Of a DNA stretch of 64,000 bases, positions 28,382 through 37,600 are shown piece after piece. Position numbers and translations under genes: made by a program. The stretch comes from Polyangiales bacterium (GTDB lineage: Bacteria; Myxococcota_A; Polyangia; Polyangiales; Houyiibacteriaceae). The stretch's first letter is position 1, and every line of letters starts with the position of its first letter. The stretch is taken from NCBI GenBank assembly GCA_045106895.1, contig JBGCFM010000039.1, forward strand, positions 96,001 to 160,000. Reading direction: 5' to 3'. The notes under the pieces were generated by a model. That model was not told the DNA's origin and searched no databases. It was given only the letters and a program-made list of their open reading frames with translations.

Positions 28382-29293
28382 ATGAACGATGATTGGCAAG
28401 ACGCCCTCCCCCCGCATGCGCGTGATGTCATCGCGTCGGCGGACCTCGACGATTGCGATGAAGCGGCCTTCGAACGCATGCAGAACAAAGTGCGCGCGGC
28501 GGTGCTCATCGCTGGCGTGAGCGCGGGCGCGGCTGGTGCGAGCGCCGCTGCCGCCGAAGGATCCGCCGCAAGCGCAGCCGGGGCCGTGGCACTGAAGGGC
28601 GCCATCTCCTTGAAGCTCTTGGGGACCTTCGTCCTCGGCGCGGCGCTCGTCGGCGGCGTGACGTGGACGGCGTCGCAAAACGGGGCGGAGACTGGACGCG
28701 GGGAGAGCGCGGAGACCGCGGAGGCCGCGCCCGAATCGAGCGGGGAGGCAGAGTCGCGGGAGGCAGAGTCGCGGGAAGCAGAGTCGATGGCGGTACAGGA
28801 GGCAGAGTCGATGGCGGCGCAGGAGGCGGAGCGCACCACACCTCAGAGCGAAACCGGGCCGGAGCCCGCGGAACCATCCCGCGTAGGGGCGCGATTGGAG
28901 CCCGAAGCTGGCCCCGCGCTGCGGCCCGCCGCGCGAGCACGAGAGCGGCGTCCGCGCGAGCCTGGCGCGGAGGCGCGTTCTCCAAGCGGTGGCGCGGAGC
29001 CGAACCGGACGGAAGAAGCTGCGCCGCCGGGAACTTTCGTCGATGAGCTGCGCCTGCTCCGCGAGCTGCGACAGGCCGCCCAAAACACGCCGACGCGCGC
29101 CCTCGCCTTGGCCCGAGAGCACCGCGCACGTTTCGCCGGGTCGGGGCTCGCGCCCGAGCGCGACGTCTATCGAATTCAGGCGCTCGTGCGTCTGAACCGC
29201 CGCGAAGATGCCGGCGCAGCCGCGGCCGCGTTCCACCGACGTTTCCCCGGCTCGGCCTACGCCGCTCGCGTGGACGCTCTGCTTCAAGACTAA
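28382..29293 (+). CDS. Putative anti-sigma factor (TM, low-complexity linker, C-terminal TPR; no FecR domain)
   Basis: GAGG RBS, directly after the sigma gene; TM segment; C-terminal ELRLL...HRARF...ERDVYRIQAL...FPGSAY. Confidence 0.75.
   Translation: MNDDWQDALPPHARDVIASADLDDCDEAAFERMQNKVRAAVLIAGVSAGAAGASAAAAEGSAASAAGAVALKGAISLKLLGTFVLGAALVGGVTWTASQNGAETGRGESAETAEAAPESSGEAESREAESREAESMAVQEAESMAAQEAERTTPQSETGPEPAEPSRVGARLEPEAGPALRPAARARERRPREPGAEARSPSGGAEPNRTEEAAPPGTFVDELRLLRELRQAAQNTPTRALALAREHRARFAGSGLAPERDVYRIQALVRLNRREDAGAAAAAFHRRFPGSAYAARVDALLQD
28745..28831 (+). repeat. Short intragenic repeats encoding EAES-based units
   Basis: gaggcagagtcg recurs as 15-bp and 24-bp units (EAESR twice, EAESMAxQ twice). 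Confidence 0.8.
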
Positions 29294-29329
29294 GGGGCGG
29301 CGCACGCGGCGCATGCGCTAGACTCCCGC

Positions 29330-30478
29330 ATGGCTAGAATCGAGTTCGTTGCTGCGTGCCTCCTTTTACTGGCATGCGGCGACTCCAGCGCGATCGACGC
29401 GGGCGCGCTTGCAGACGTAACGCTCCTGGACGGATCGGTCTTCGACGACGCAGCGTCGGACGTCGGCGGGACGATGGTCGATGTGGGGGCGCGTGATGCC
29501 GCGGAGAGCGACGCGGGGCTTCCGGATGCCGGCGACGATGCACTCGCAGTCGCCGACGCGGGCAGCGACGCACCAACGGATGCCGGAAGCGACGCTCGCG
29601 AAGCCGACGCTGGACCGGCGACGGTGACGCGCACCTACCGGGCCTGGGTGTGGAACGTCGCGGGCCACCTCATTCACCGAGGATCCACCACCGACGGGCT
29701 CATCGAGGCGGCGGTCTCGTCCATCGTAAGTCGCGACATCGACTTCGTGGGTTTCAACGAGCTTTGCGGCTCTCAGTATCGCGCTCTCCAAGCGGCCCTG
29801 CGCGACGCGGGGTGGCCCAGCACAGATAACTTCTCGCGCTTCGCCGAAGGAAGACCCGCGGGAACCGCCGTCTGCGCGGGGAGCAACTTTGGCAACGCCA
29901 TCTTCAGCCGAGAGCCCCTCGGCGGCGCGAGCCGGCTCATGTTGCCGGAAGACGGCCGCACGGAGACCCGCAGCCTGCTTTGCGCGCCCCTCGCTGACCT
30001 GCCCCACATGCGCTGGTGCACCACGCACGTAACGACCTCAAACGAAGTCGGCGCCGATGGTTTCGCCGCGAACGTGCGGCAGCTTCGTTTCATTCAGCAG
30101 CAGCTCCTCGACTGGCACGACGAGGGCGACACCGTCCTCATCGGCGGCGACTTCAACGCCCAGCCACACTACGGACGCCTCAACCGCTTCTACGCCCCCA
30201 GCGTCGACACCGCCGTCAACGGCGACAACCGCGGCGTGCACCGCGAGCTCGATGACCTCGACGAACGCTGCCTCGGGCACGGTGAACGAACCGTCGCGGA
30301 GCCCACCGGCGGCCCTTGCAATACCGGCGTCAAGATCGACCTCTTCTTCGCGCGGGAGGACGAGATCGTCGGCAGCTACGACAGCGACTCGCTTTCTATT
30401 TCCAACGCGTGCGGCGGCGCCTGTTCGGACCACCGCATCATCATCGGCGAAGTGACGCTGCGTATTCGAGAGCCTTGA
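29330..30478 (+). CDS. Endonuclease/exonuclease/phosphatase (EEP) family lipoprotein
   Basis: Lipobox LLAC, acidic DAG linker; WNV, GFNE, GNAIFS, TTH, GGDFNA, IDLFF, SDH. Confidence 0.88.
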   Translation: MARIEFVAACLLLLACGDSSAIDAGALADVTLLDGSVFDDAASDVGGTMVDVGARDAAESDAGLPDAGDDALAVADAGSDAPTDAGSDAREADAGPATVTRTYRAWVWNVAGHLIHRGSTTDGLIEAAVSSIVSRDIDFVGFNELCGSQYRALQAALRDAGWPSTDNFSRFAEGRPAGTAVCAGSNFGNAIFSREPLGGASRLMLPEDGRTETRSLLCAPLADLPHMRWCTTHVTTSNEVGADGFAANVRQLRFIQQQLLDWHDEGDTVLIGGDFNAQPHYGRLNRFYAPSVDTAVNGDNRGVHRELDDLDERCLGHGERTVAEPTGGPCNTGVKIDLFFAREDEIVGSYDSDSLSISNACGGACSDHRIIIGEVTLRIREP

Positions 30479-30514
30479 TGAACACGGCCGTTTGCAGCGG
30501 TGCTCTTTCCTCGC

Positions 30515-30967
30515 CTACTCGGGAACACGTCGCACAATTGAACGCGTAACCATCGCGGGGATGGCCAGCGCCGCGACCATCGGGAGCGTCGCGAGGAAGG
30601 GCGCCGGCGAGCTCTCGAGCACGGCACCGAGGGCCCCCACGCCGAGAATGGCGGCTAGCAACCCCCAAAACAAAAAGCGCGCCCCACGACGGTTCAAAAT
30701 GAACGGGACGATGCCGTACTGGTACGCGCCATGAAGCCCTCGTTGAGCTTCCCGCAGACACTTCTCATGGAGAGCCACGACGGGAGGCCATTTGCGCGCC
30801 ACCACGGCAAGCTCTTCGCGCCGGGTGACGACCTCGCCACAGACGCGACAGACCACCGGCAGTGAATCGAGAGTCGGTTTCGTCGAACTGTTCAAAGCGA
30901 AGACGAGGCTGCTCCACGAGGTCTGCGAGAGCAAGTGTAAGGATGCTTTTTCGTGGACGACGATCAC
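30515..30967 (-). CDS. Hypothetical membrane protein with a CxxC...HxxC motif
   Basis: CRVCG...LHEKC followed by two TM segments; start uncertain. Confidence 0.5.
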   Translation of the reverse strand: MIVVHEKASLHLLSQTSWSSLVFALNSSTKPTLDSLPVVCRVCGEVVTRREELAVVARKWPPVVALHEKCLREAQRGLHGAYQYGIVPFILNRRGARFLFWGLLAAILGVGALGAVLESSPAPFLATLPMVAALAIPAMVTRSIVRRVPE

Positions 30968-31010
30968 ACAGGCGTCGCCTTTCGAGACTGAGCTCGCCGA
31001 CGACTACCGC

Positions 31011-31637
31011 TCAGCCCCCGTTCGGCAAGGGCGGCACGGCGTGCTCCTCGTGGGCTTCGTCATAACCGCGCTCCGCAAAGCCGGACACCACATGCGCATG
31101 CGCCTTGATGAGCGCGATAGCCGCCGGCGTGCTTCCGCGGTGGACGACGGCCACGCCGCCGGGGACGTCTTCGATCTCCATGGACATCTCGTGGGCGTGC
31201 TCCCCGAGGGCGACAAAGAGCGGGTCCCAGTGGCGGATTCTCCCCCCCGCTTCCATGTGGGCCGCGATCTCGCGAACGTGCTGTCGCAAGAGCGCCACGA
31301 CCGCTGCATCTTCGCTCGTGGTCACGCTGGCGATTCCGTCGGCTCGCTCTTCGACGTTGCGCGTGATGGTCTCGTGGTGATCGAGGAGGCCATGAATTCT
31401 CTCGCGAAGCTCAGCGTGAGCACCTCCTCCATGCCCTCCATGTCCTCCGCCATGCTGCTGCCTTCCCGCATGTCGTCCGCGATGCCTCCCCCCGTGTCTT
31501 CCGCGATACGCCCGCTCGCGGCCCTCGCACTCGGCGTCTTCGCCGTGGCTCGCCGCCGATGTCTCCAGCGGTATCGCGGCGGAAGACGCGCACCCCAGAC
31601 ACCCGATAAGCAGCACCGCCCCATGTATTTGAGTCAT
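31011..31637 (-). CDS. His-rich exported protein, uncharacterised
   Basis: ATG 31637 overlaps the upstream stop (ATGA); lipobox-like CLGC; GRHGGRHRGRH...HGGGHGGHGG tract; domain with WDPLF and many His. Confidence 0.75.
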   Translation of the reverse strand: MTQIHGAVLLIGCLGCASSAAIPLETSAASHGEDAECEGRERAYRGRHGGRHRGRHAGRQQHGGGHGGHGGGAHAELRERIHGLLDHHETITRNVEERADGIASVTTSEDAAVVALLRQHVREIAAHMEAGGRIRHWDPLFVALGEHAHEMSMEIEDVPGGVAVVHRGSTPAAIALIKAHAHVVSGFAERGYDEAHEEHAVPPLPNGG

Positions 31638-32269
31638 CTTTCTCGCCTTTCTTCGTCGCATTCTGCCCGCGCCCAAACGACGCCCCGAAGGTCGCCGCTT
31701 TGGTATCCGCGGGCTTGATCGTTCGGATATCGCGCTTCGATGGCCGCCAGGATGGGCGGCGCGATGTCGTCGCCGTGGCAGGTGAGACACAGCTCGCCGG
31801 TGACGAGCGGGCTCACGAGCCGCGCCTCTCCCTCAGCGAGCTCGCTCCATTCACTTGGCGCTTCCCCTTCGCTCTGCGCCGCGAGGTAGGATCGCACCCA
31901 AGAAGGCGCCTGCCCATTGGCGTCAGGGTTGCGAAGACGCGACGCCGTGCGGCCGAGCTCCACGCCGGACTCGCGTTGAACGCGCGCGCGGATCATCTCG
32001 GCCTCGCGCGCGCAGACCTCCACCGCGGCCTCCGGGCTCTCCGCCATCGCTGGCCCGAGTCGACGAGCGAGGCTCTGCTTGAGGCTCATGACAGCGCCGC
32101 GCGCTTCGGCGATGCACTCCGAAGACTCGTCCCTCGGTGCCGCCGTGGCTCCCTCCGAAGTGACTTCGGCGGGTTCTTCCACTTCGGGTCCCTCTCGTTC
32201 GGGACCGTCGTCGCATGCCAGAACGCTGGCGACGAGGGCAAAGGACGCAAAGGTGACAACACGCTTCAT
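31634..32269 (-). CDS. DUF3365 (Tll0287-like) c-type haem lipoprotein
   Basis: Lipobox VLAC; AVEVC, RTASRLRNPDAN, CLTCHG, YPNDQARGYQSGDLRG. Confidence 0.88.
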   Translation of the reverse strand: MKRVVTFASFALVASVLACDDGPEREGPEVEEPAEVTSEGATAAPRDESSECIAEARGAVMSLKQSLARRLGPAMAESPEAAVEVCAREAEMIRARVQRESGVELGRTASRLRNPDANGQAPSWVRSYLAAQSEGEAPSEWSELAEGEARLVSPLVTGELCLTCHGDDIAPPILAAIEARYPNDQARGYQSGDLRGVVWARAECDEERRER

Positions 32270-32282
32270 GGGCGGATGACAG

Positions 32283-32298
32283 TGCAATCCACGTTCCA
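32283..32298 (-). promoter_or_regulatory. Sigma54 -24/-12 promoter for the DUF3365 operon
   Basis: Minus strand TGGAACGTGGATTGCA, GG-N10-GC, ending 13 bp before ATG 32269. Confidence 0.7.
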
Positions 32299-32407
32299 CC
32301 AAGCGGAGGCGTATTTCTACGTCGAAAGAGGGAAGAGGGACTCCACGTGCATCAATCTGCAACACAGTGACGCGCCGCCCACGAACACTTGAAACACTCG
32401 AGACAGC

Positions 32408-33871
32408 CTATCGCTCGGAACGCGCGGGGACGTGGAAGCCGCTGACAAGAAACGGGACGTCGAGCGACATTTGGCCACCCGACGGGGGCGGGTAGGTCCA
32501 TGACCGCATCGCCGTGACCAAGCACGCCCGATACGGGGCGACGCTTTCCCCGCTTAGCGTCACGCGCTCGGTGGTTCCCTCGGCGTCGACCTCTGCGTGC
32601 ATCATGAATTCGATATTCAACTGCTCCGAGCCACCTCGCTCAAAACAGTCGCGCACCTGAGCCAGGCGACGGCGGATAAATCGGCGCATCACCGCCCCGG
32701 ACAGCTCCCCGCCTTGAACCGCAACATCCCTAATACGTATTCGAATCCCTGGCCGTGCGGCGACTCGATTGAGATGAACGCGGGCCAAGAGCGCACGCCG
32801 AAGCACCACCGGTTCGGGCTCAAAATGAAGCGGTAGCAAGGCCGCCGCATCCTCGGGGCCGAGCCAGTAGTACAAGGCGTCCGGGGCCGGTGCGATGGGA
32901 CCTCGTGGCTGGCGCTGCAGGACGCGTGAAGAAGGCGGCTCGCCGCCGACGAGATCGTAGCGCCAAGCGCGGGCGAAGGCCTCGCGTTCAGCCTCGGTCA
33001 TTCCCAGCTGCCGCATGTGGGCGTCCACGGCGGGCATGATGGTGCCCGTGTCCGCGTCGCTCGGCCACTCCACACGCGCCGTCTCCCCGGGCGCAGGAGG
33101 GTCGACGAAACGCACGTAGGTGACGCCTTCGTGTTCGCGAAGGACGCGCATTAGGCGACCGGGGATTGGGTCCGTTCCGCGGTGGGTGACGTTCGCCGTG
33201 TTGCCTTCGAGGGTGATCGCGAGCGGCCCACCGGTGGGCATTCCCGCTCGGTAGAAGAGATGGTCAAAACGCGCGCCTCCAACCTCAAGGCACGCGCCGT
33301 CGGAGGTCTCGTACGTAGCGAGTTCTGCGGCTTCACAGAGGTTGTCGGGCAAGGAGCAGCGCTCTGATCCAATGCTCGGATAGCTGCTCCCGGTGCAGCT
33401 CGCTCCCCTCGCAAGCACGTCCGGCCAAATAGCGGTGGCGCCCGAGTCGTCCGTCGTCAGCTGAGCGTCGGGCCAATGCTCGGGCAAGGTGCCGCGGGGA
33501 ACATGGACGCGCGCCGAAAACCTCGCCTCGTCTGCGCCGCCAAGAAGGTGCGCATAGAGAACAGGCTTGAGACCCACGGTGTTCAGGCTTCCGATGCCAA
33601 TGGTCCCCTCCGCGGCGACGGGATATCGACCTGGCCCGGCGGTGGCCAACGCGCGGTCTTCGCCCAGGCCAAAGTGAATCAGGCCCCACTCATGAATCGC
33701 GTAGCCTTCGCGGCCTTCCATGGCTTCCGGCTCGGGCGTCTCCGCGGCGTGCCGGCCCTCCTCGACTCGACCGCCGGAGGGACTCGCTGGACTCTCCGGA
33801 GTCGTCGCAGCCGGCTCTTCGCCCCCACAAGCAACGTGGGAGAGCAGAGACACGAACAAGACCCAACGCAT
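32408..33871 (-). CDS. Lipoprotein with a C-terminal AgmX/PglI (TonB_C-like) domain
   Basis: Lipobox HVAC; IHEWG and KPVLY motifs; C-terminal GGELSGAVMRRFIRRRLAQVRDCFE...WTYPPP. Confidence 0.7.
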   Translation of the reverse strand: MRWVLFVSLLSHVACGGEEPAATTPESPASPSGGRVEEGRHAAETPEPEAMEGREGYAIHEWGLIHFGLGEDRALATAGPGRYPVAAEGTIGIGSLNTVGLKPVLYAHLLGGADEARFSARVHVPRGTLPEHWPDAQLTTDDSGATAIWPDVLARGASCTGSSYPSIGSERCSLPDNLCEAAELATYETSDGACLEVGGARFDHLFYRAGMPTGGPLAITLEGNTANVTHRGTDPIPGRLMRVLREHEGVTYVRFVDPPAPGETARVEWPSDADTGTIMPAVDAHMRQLGMTEAEREAFARAWRYDLVGGEPPSSRVLQRQPRGPIAPAPDALYYWLGPEDAAALLPLHFEPEPVVLRRALLARVHLNRVAARPGIRIRIRDVAVQGGELSGAVMRRFIRRRLAQVRDCFERGGSEQLNIEFMMHAEVDAEGTTERVTLSGESVAPYRACLVTAMRSWTYPPPSGGQMSLDVPFLVSGFHVPARSER

Positions 33872-33930
33872 ACGTGGAAGTGTACCCTATCGACTCCGCG
33901 AGGCTCTTGGTGCCTCACAGGAGCCCCTCG

Positions 33931-34110
33931 ATGAATGCTGATGAACCATTTGTAGAGAAACTGCGCGACCTCGCACGGTCGGGGGCATCGCTCAAAGAGC
34001 TACTCGATGTGATCCACGAGGAGCAGGACGCCGAGCCATACACGCGCGGCATTGTGATGTACTGGCTCTGCCAGGCTTTCTCAGTCTCCCTGGGCGAAGC
34101 GAGGCGCTAA
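33931..34110 (+). CDS. Small hypothetical protein
   Basis: AGGAG RBS before ATG 33931; stop overlaps the next start (TAATG). Confidence 0.45.
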   Translation: MNADEPFVEKLRDLARSGASLKELLDVIHEEQDAEPYTRGIVMYWLCQAFSVSLGEARR

Positions 34111-34589
34111 TGCGAGTCGTGCACTCCAGCGTTGGGTCCATCACTGAGAAGGGGACACAATCCGCGCCCGAGACCTTGTCTGCGGACGAGCTCCGCTTGT
34201 GCTTTCCGGGGGCCGTTGAGTTCGTTGGGTCTCAGAACTCGACTCTCCAGCTCCCGGACGTCGCGCTCTTTGGCGTGCTCCATGAGCTTGCAGCGATGTG
34301 GAGTGCGCTCTGTCGCGGGGTCACCAAGCCTTCGCGCACGGATCTCTACGGCGCGTACTCACTCTCACTCACCCGCGAGCCCTCCGGCCAAGTTCTGCTG
34401 ACAGAAGAGTGGCGCGGAGAGACCGTATCCTTTGAGGCAAGCGCCTTTGTCGATTCACTCGCGGCGTGGAAGGCGTCGCTATTTGCGTCGGCGCGGAGCC
34501 GTCACCCAAGCCTCGCCGAGAATGGCCACTTCGCTGCGCTAGAATCGGAGGTCTCACAGCTTCTACGGACCCGCCTGCCGGGTGCATGA
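34110..34589 (+). CDS. Hypothetical protein
   Basis: 159-aa ORF filling the gap before lhr; no recognised motif. Confidence 0.5.
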   Translation: MRVVHSSVGSITEKGTQSAPETLSADELRLCFPGAVEFVGSQNSTLQLPDVALFGVLHELAAMWSALCRGVTKPSRTDLYGAYSLSLTREPSGQVLLTEEWRGETVSFEASAFVDSLAAWKASLFASARSRHPSLAENGHFAALESEVSQLLRTRLPGA

Positions 34590-34651
34590 CCCGCGGGCCC
34601 GCCGGCCGCGCTGCCCTTGATGTCTCACCGATAGGGCACCATCGTCAAAGG

Positions 34652-37600
34652 ATGTCCCTCTCTTTCGCCCATGAATCGACGCGCCGCTGGTTTGAGCGCT
34701 CGTTCGAAGGCGCCACGCGGGCGCAGAAGCTTGGATGGGGCCCGATTGCCGCCGGCGAGTCCACGCTACTCTTGGCCCCGACGGGGAGCGGCAAGACTTT
34801 GGCAGCGTTCCTCGTGGCTATCGACAAGCTTCTCTTTGGCGCGAAGGAAGCGGGCGCGAAGAAAGCGGGCACAGAGAAAACGCGCGCAAAGGCGACGAGC
34901 ACGAAGGACGACAAGAAGAGCGGCGTGCGCGTCCTCTACATCTCGCCGCTCAAAGCCCTCGCCGTCGACGTGGAGCGAAACCTGCGAGCGCCCCTCGCGG
35001 GCATCTGCGCCGAAGCCGCGCGGGAAGGAACACCCACGACTCCGCCGACGGTAGGCATCCGCTCCGGCGACACCACGCCGAAAGAGCGCGCGCGCATGAA
35101 GCGCACGCCGCCGGACGTGCTCATCACGACGCCGGAATCGCTCTTTCTTTTACTGACGAGCCAATCGGCGGCGGGCCTCGCGAGCATCGAGACCGTTATC
35201 ATCGACGAGATTCATTCGCTGGTCCCGACCAAACGCGGCGCCCACCTCGCTCTTTCGCTGGAGCGACTCGAGGCGCTTCGGCGCCGCGCGAACCCGAACA
35301 TAAAACCGATGCAGCGCATTGGGCTCTCGGCGACGCAGCGGCCCCTCGACGAGGTCGCTCGTTACCTCGGCGGCGCAGAGAGCGACGTGCCGCGTCCCGT
35401 CACCATCGTCGACGCCGGAAGCCAGAAGGAGTTCGACCTACGCGTCGAGGTCCCCGTCGAGGACATGGCGCGCATGCAGCGGGAGGAGGCCGCCGCGTCC
35501 GGTGACGAGGACGACCTGCTTCAGCCGGGCTCCACGTCAGGGCAGCGCTCTCCGAGCATTTGGCCGGCGATTCATCCGCGCCTCGTGCAGCTCATTCGCG
35601 ACCACCGCTCGACGATGCTCTTCGTGAACAGTCGCCGCCTCGCCGAGCGCTTGGCTGCCGCCATCAACGAGCTCGCCGGTGAAGAGCTCGCCCTCGCCCA
35701 TCACGGCAGCATCGCCAAAGACATGCGGGCGAGCATCGAGGACCGTCTCAAGAAAGGCGAGCTGCCGGCCATCGTGGCTACCAGCTCTCTTGAACTTGGC
35801 ATCGACATCGGTGCCGTGGACCTCGTCGTTCAGATCGAAGCGCCACTCAGCGTAGCGTCGGGCATTCAGCGCATCGGGCGCGCGGGCCACCAGGTCGGCG
35901 CCGTGTCCGAAGGCATCGTCTTCCCGAAGTACCGCGGCGACCTCCTCGCGTGCGCCGCCGTCACGGAGCACATCCTCGAAGGCAAGGTCGAATCGACGCA
36001 CTACCCGCGCAACGCGCTGGACGTGTTGGCGCAGCAAGTCGTCGCCGTTGTTTCGTCGCCCTTCGCCACGGAGGAGAGCATCGACGAAGACGCGCTCTTC
36101 GCCCTCGTCCGCGGCGCGGCCCCCTACGCCGAGCTGGCGCGCACCTCGTTTCATGCGGTCCTCGACATGCTCAGCGGCCGCTACCCCAGCGAGCAGTTCG
36201 CGGAATTGCGGCCGCGCATCACTTGGGACCGCGGCCGGCGAAAGCTCTCCCCGCGGCGTGGCGCCAAGATGCTCGCCATCGCCAACGCCGGCACCATCCC
36301 CGACCGCGGGCTGTATGGCGTGTTCCTCGCGAACAGCGAAAAGTCCGTGCGCGTCGGCGAGCTCGACGAAGAGATGGTCTTCGAGTCACGGGAGGGCGAG
36401 GTGTTCTTGCTCGGTGCGAGCTCCTGGCGCATCGAAGAGATCACTCACGAGAAAGTCATGGTCTCGCCGGCGCCGGGACAGCCGGGCAAGATGCCCTTCT
36501 GGCATGGCGATAGGCCTGGGCGCCCTGCCGAGTTTGGCCGCGCCATCGGCAAGCTCGCGCGCGAGCTCCTCGCGGCGGACGGAAGCGAAGCCCGGGAGCG
36601 CCTCGTCACGCGCCACGGTCTCGACGCTCGCGCGGCGGAGAACCTCCTCCAGTACCTGCAGGACCAAAAGGAGGCGACGGGACAGGTTCCCAGCGACAAG
36701 CGCATCGTCGTGGAGCGGTTTCGCGACGAGATTGGCGACCTCTGCGTCGTGATCCTCTCGCCCTTCGGCGGACGCGTGCATTCGCCCTGGGCCACCGCCG
36801 TCCGCGCGCGACTTTTGTCGGAGTACGGCGCCGAAGCCGACGTCATCCACGGCGACGACGGAATCGTGTTCCGCCTCATCGACGCCGACGTCACGCCGCC
36901 GCCGGAGTTCTTCTTTCCCGACCCAGCGGAAGTCGAGGGCCTGGTCATGAGCCACCTCGGCGAGACCGCGCTCTTCGCCGCGCGCTTCCGCGAAAACGCA
37001 GGACGCGCCCTACTCTTGCCCAGGCGGCGCCCTGGAAAACGCACGCCGCTTTGGGCCCAGCGACGCAAGAGCGCGGGGCTCCTCAAGGTCGCCTCGAGCT
37101 TCCGCGACTTCCCCATCGTGCTGGAGACCTACCGCGAGTGTCTTCGCGACGTCTTCGACCTGCCGGAGCTGACGGCGCTCCTTCACGCCATCAAGACACG
37201 AAAAGTGCGCGTCACCCACGTCGACACGAAGCGCCCTTCGCCCTTCGCCGGCGCGCTCATGTTCAACTACGTCGCCGCGTTCATGTACGAAGGCGACGCG
37301 CCGCTGGCGGAGCGACGGGCCCAGGCGCTCTCCCTGGACCAGACGCAGCTTCGTGCGCTCCTCGGCGAGCCGGAGATGCGCGAGCTTCTCGAGGCGGACG
37401 CCGTGCGCGAGGTCGAAGCGCAGCTGCGACGCGATGCGTATCCGCTGACCCATGCCGACGCTGTTCACGATCGGCTGCTGAGCATGGGCGACCGGCGCGC
37501 CGACGAATTGCCGGGTGAGCCCAAAGAGGTCGCAGCGCTGCTGAGGGCGCTCGCCGACGAACGTCGCGTGGTGGCCGTTCGCATCGATGGCGAAGAGCGC

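Noticed and set aside
34466..34651. N-terminal extension of Lhr from the ORF track
   Set aside because: It overlaps the upstream ORF; family-like sequence starts at ATG 34652.
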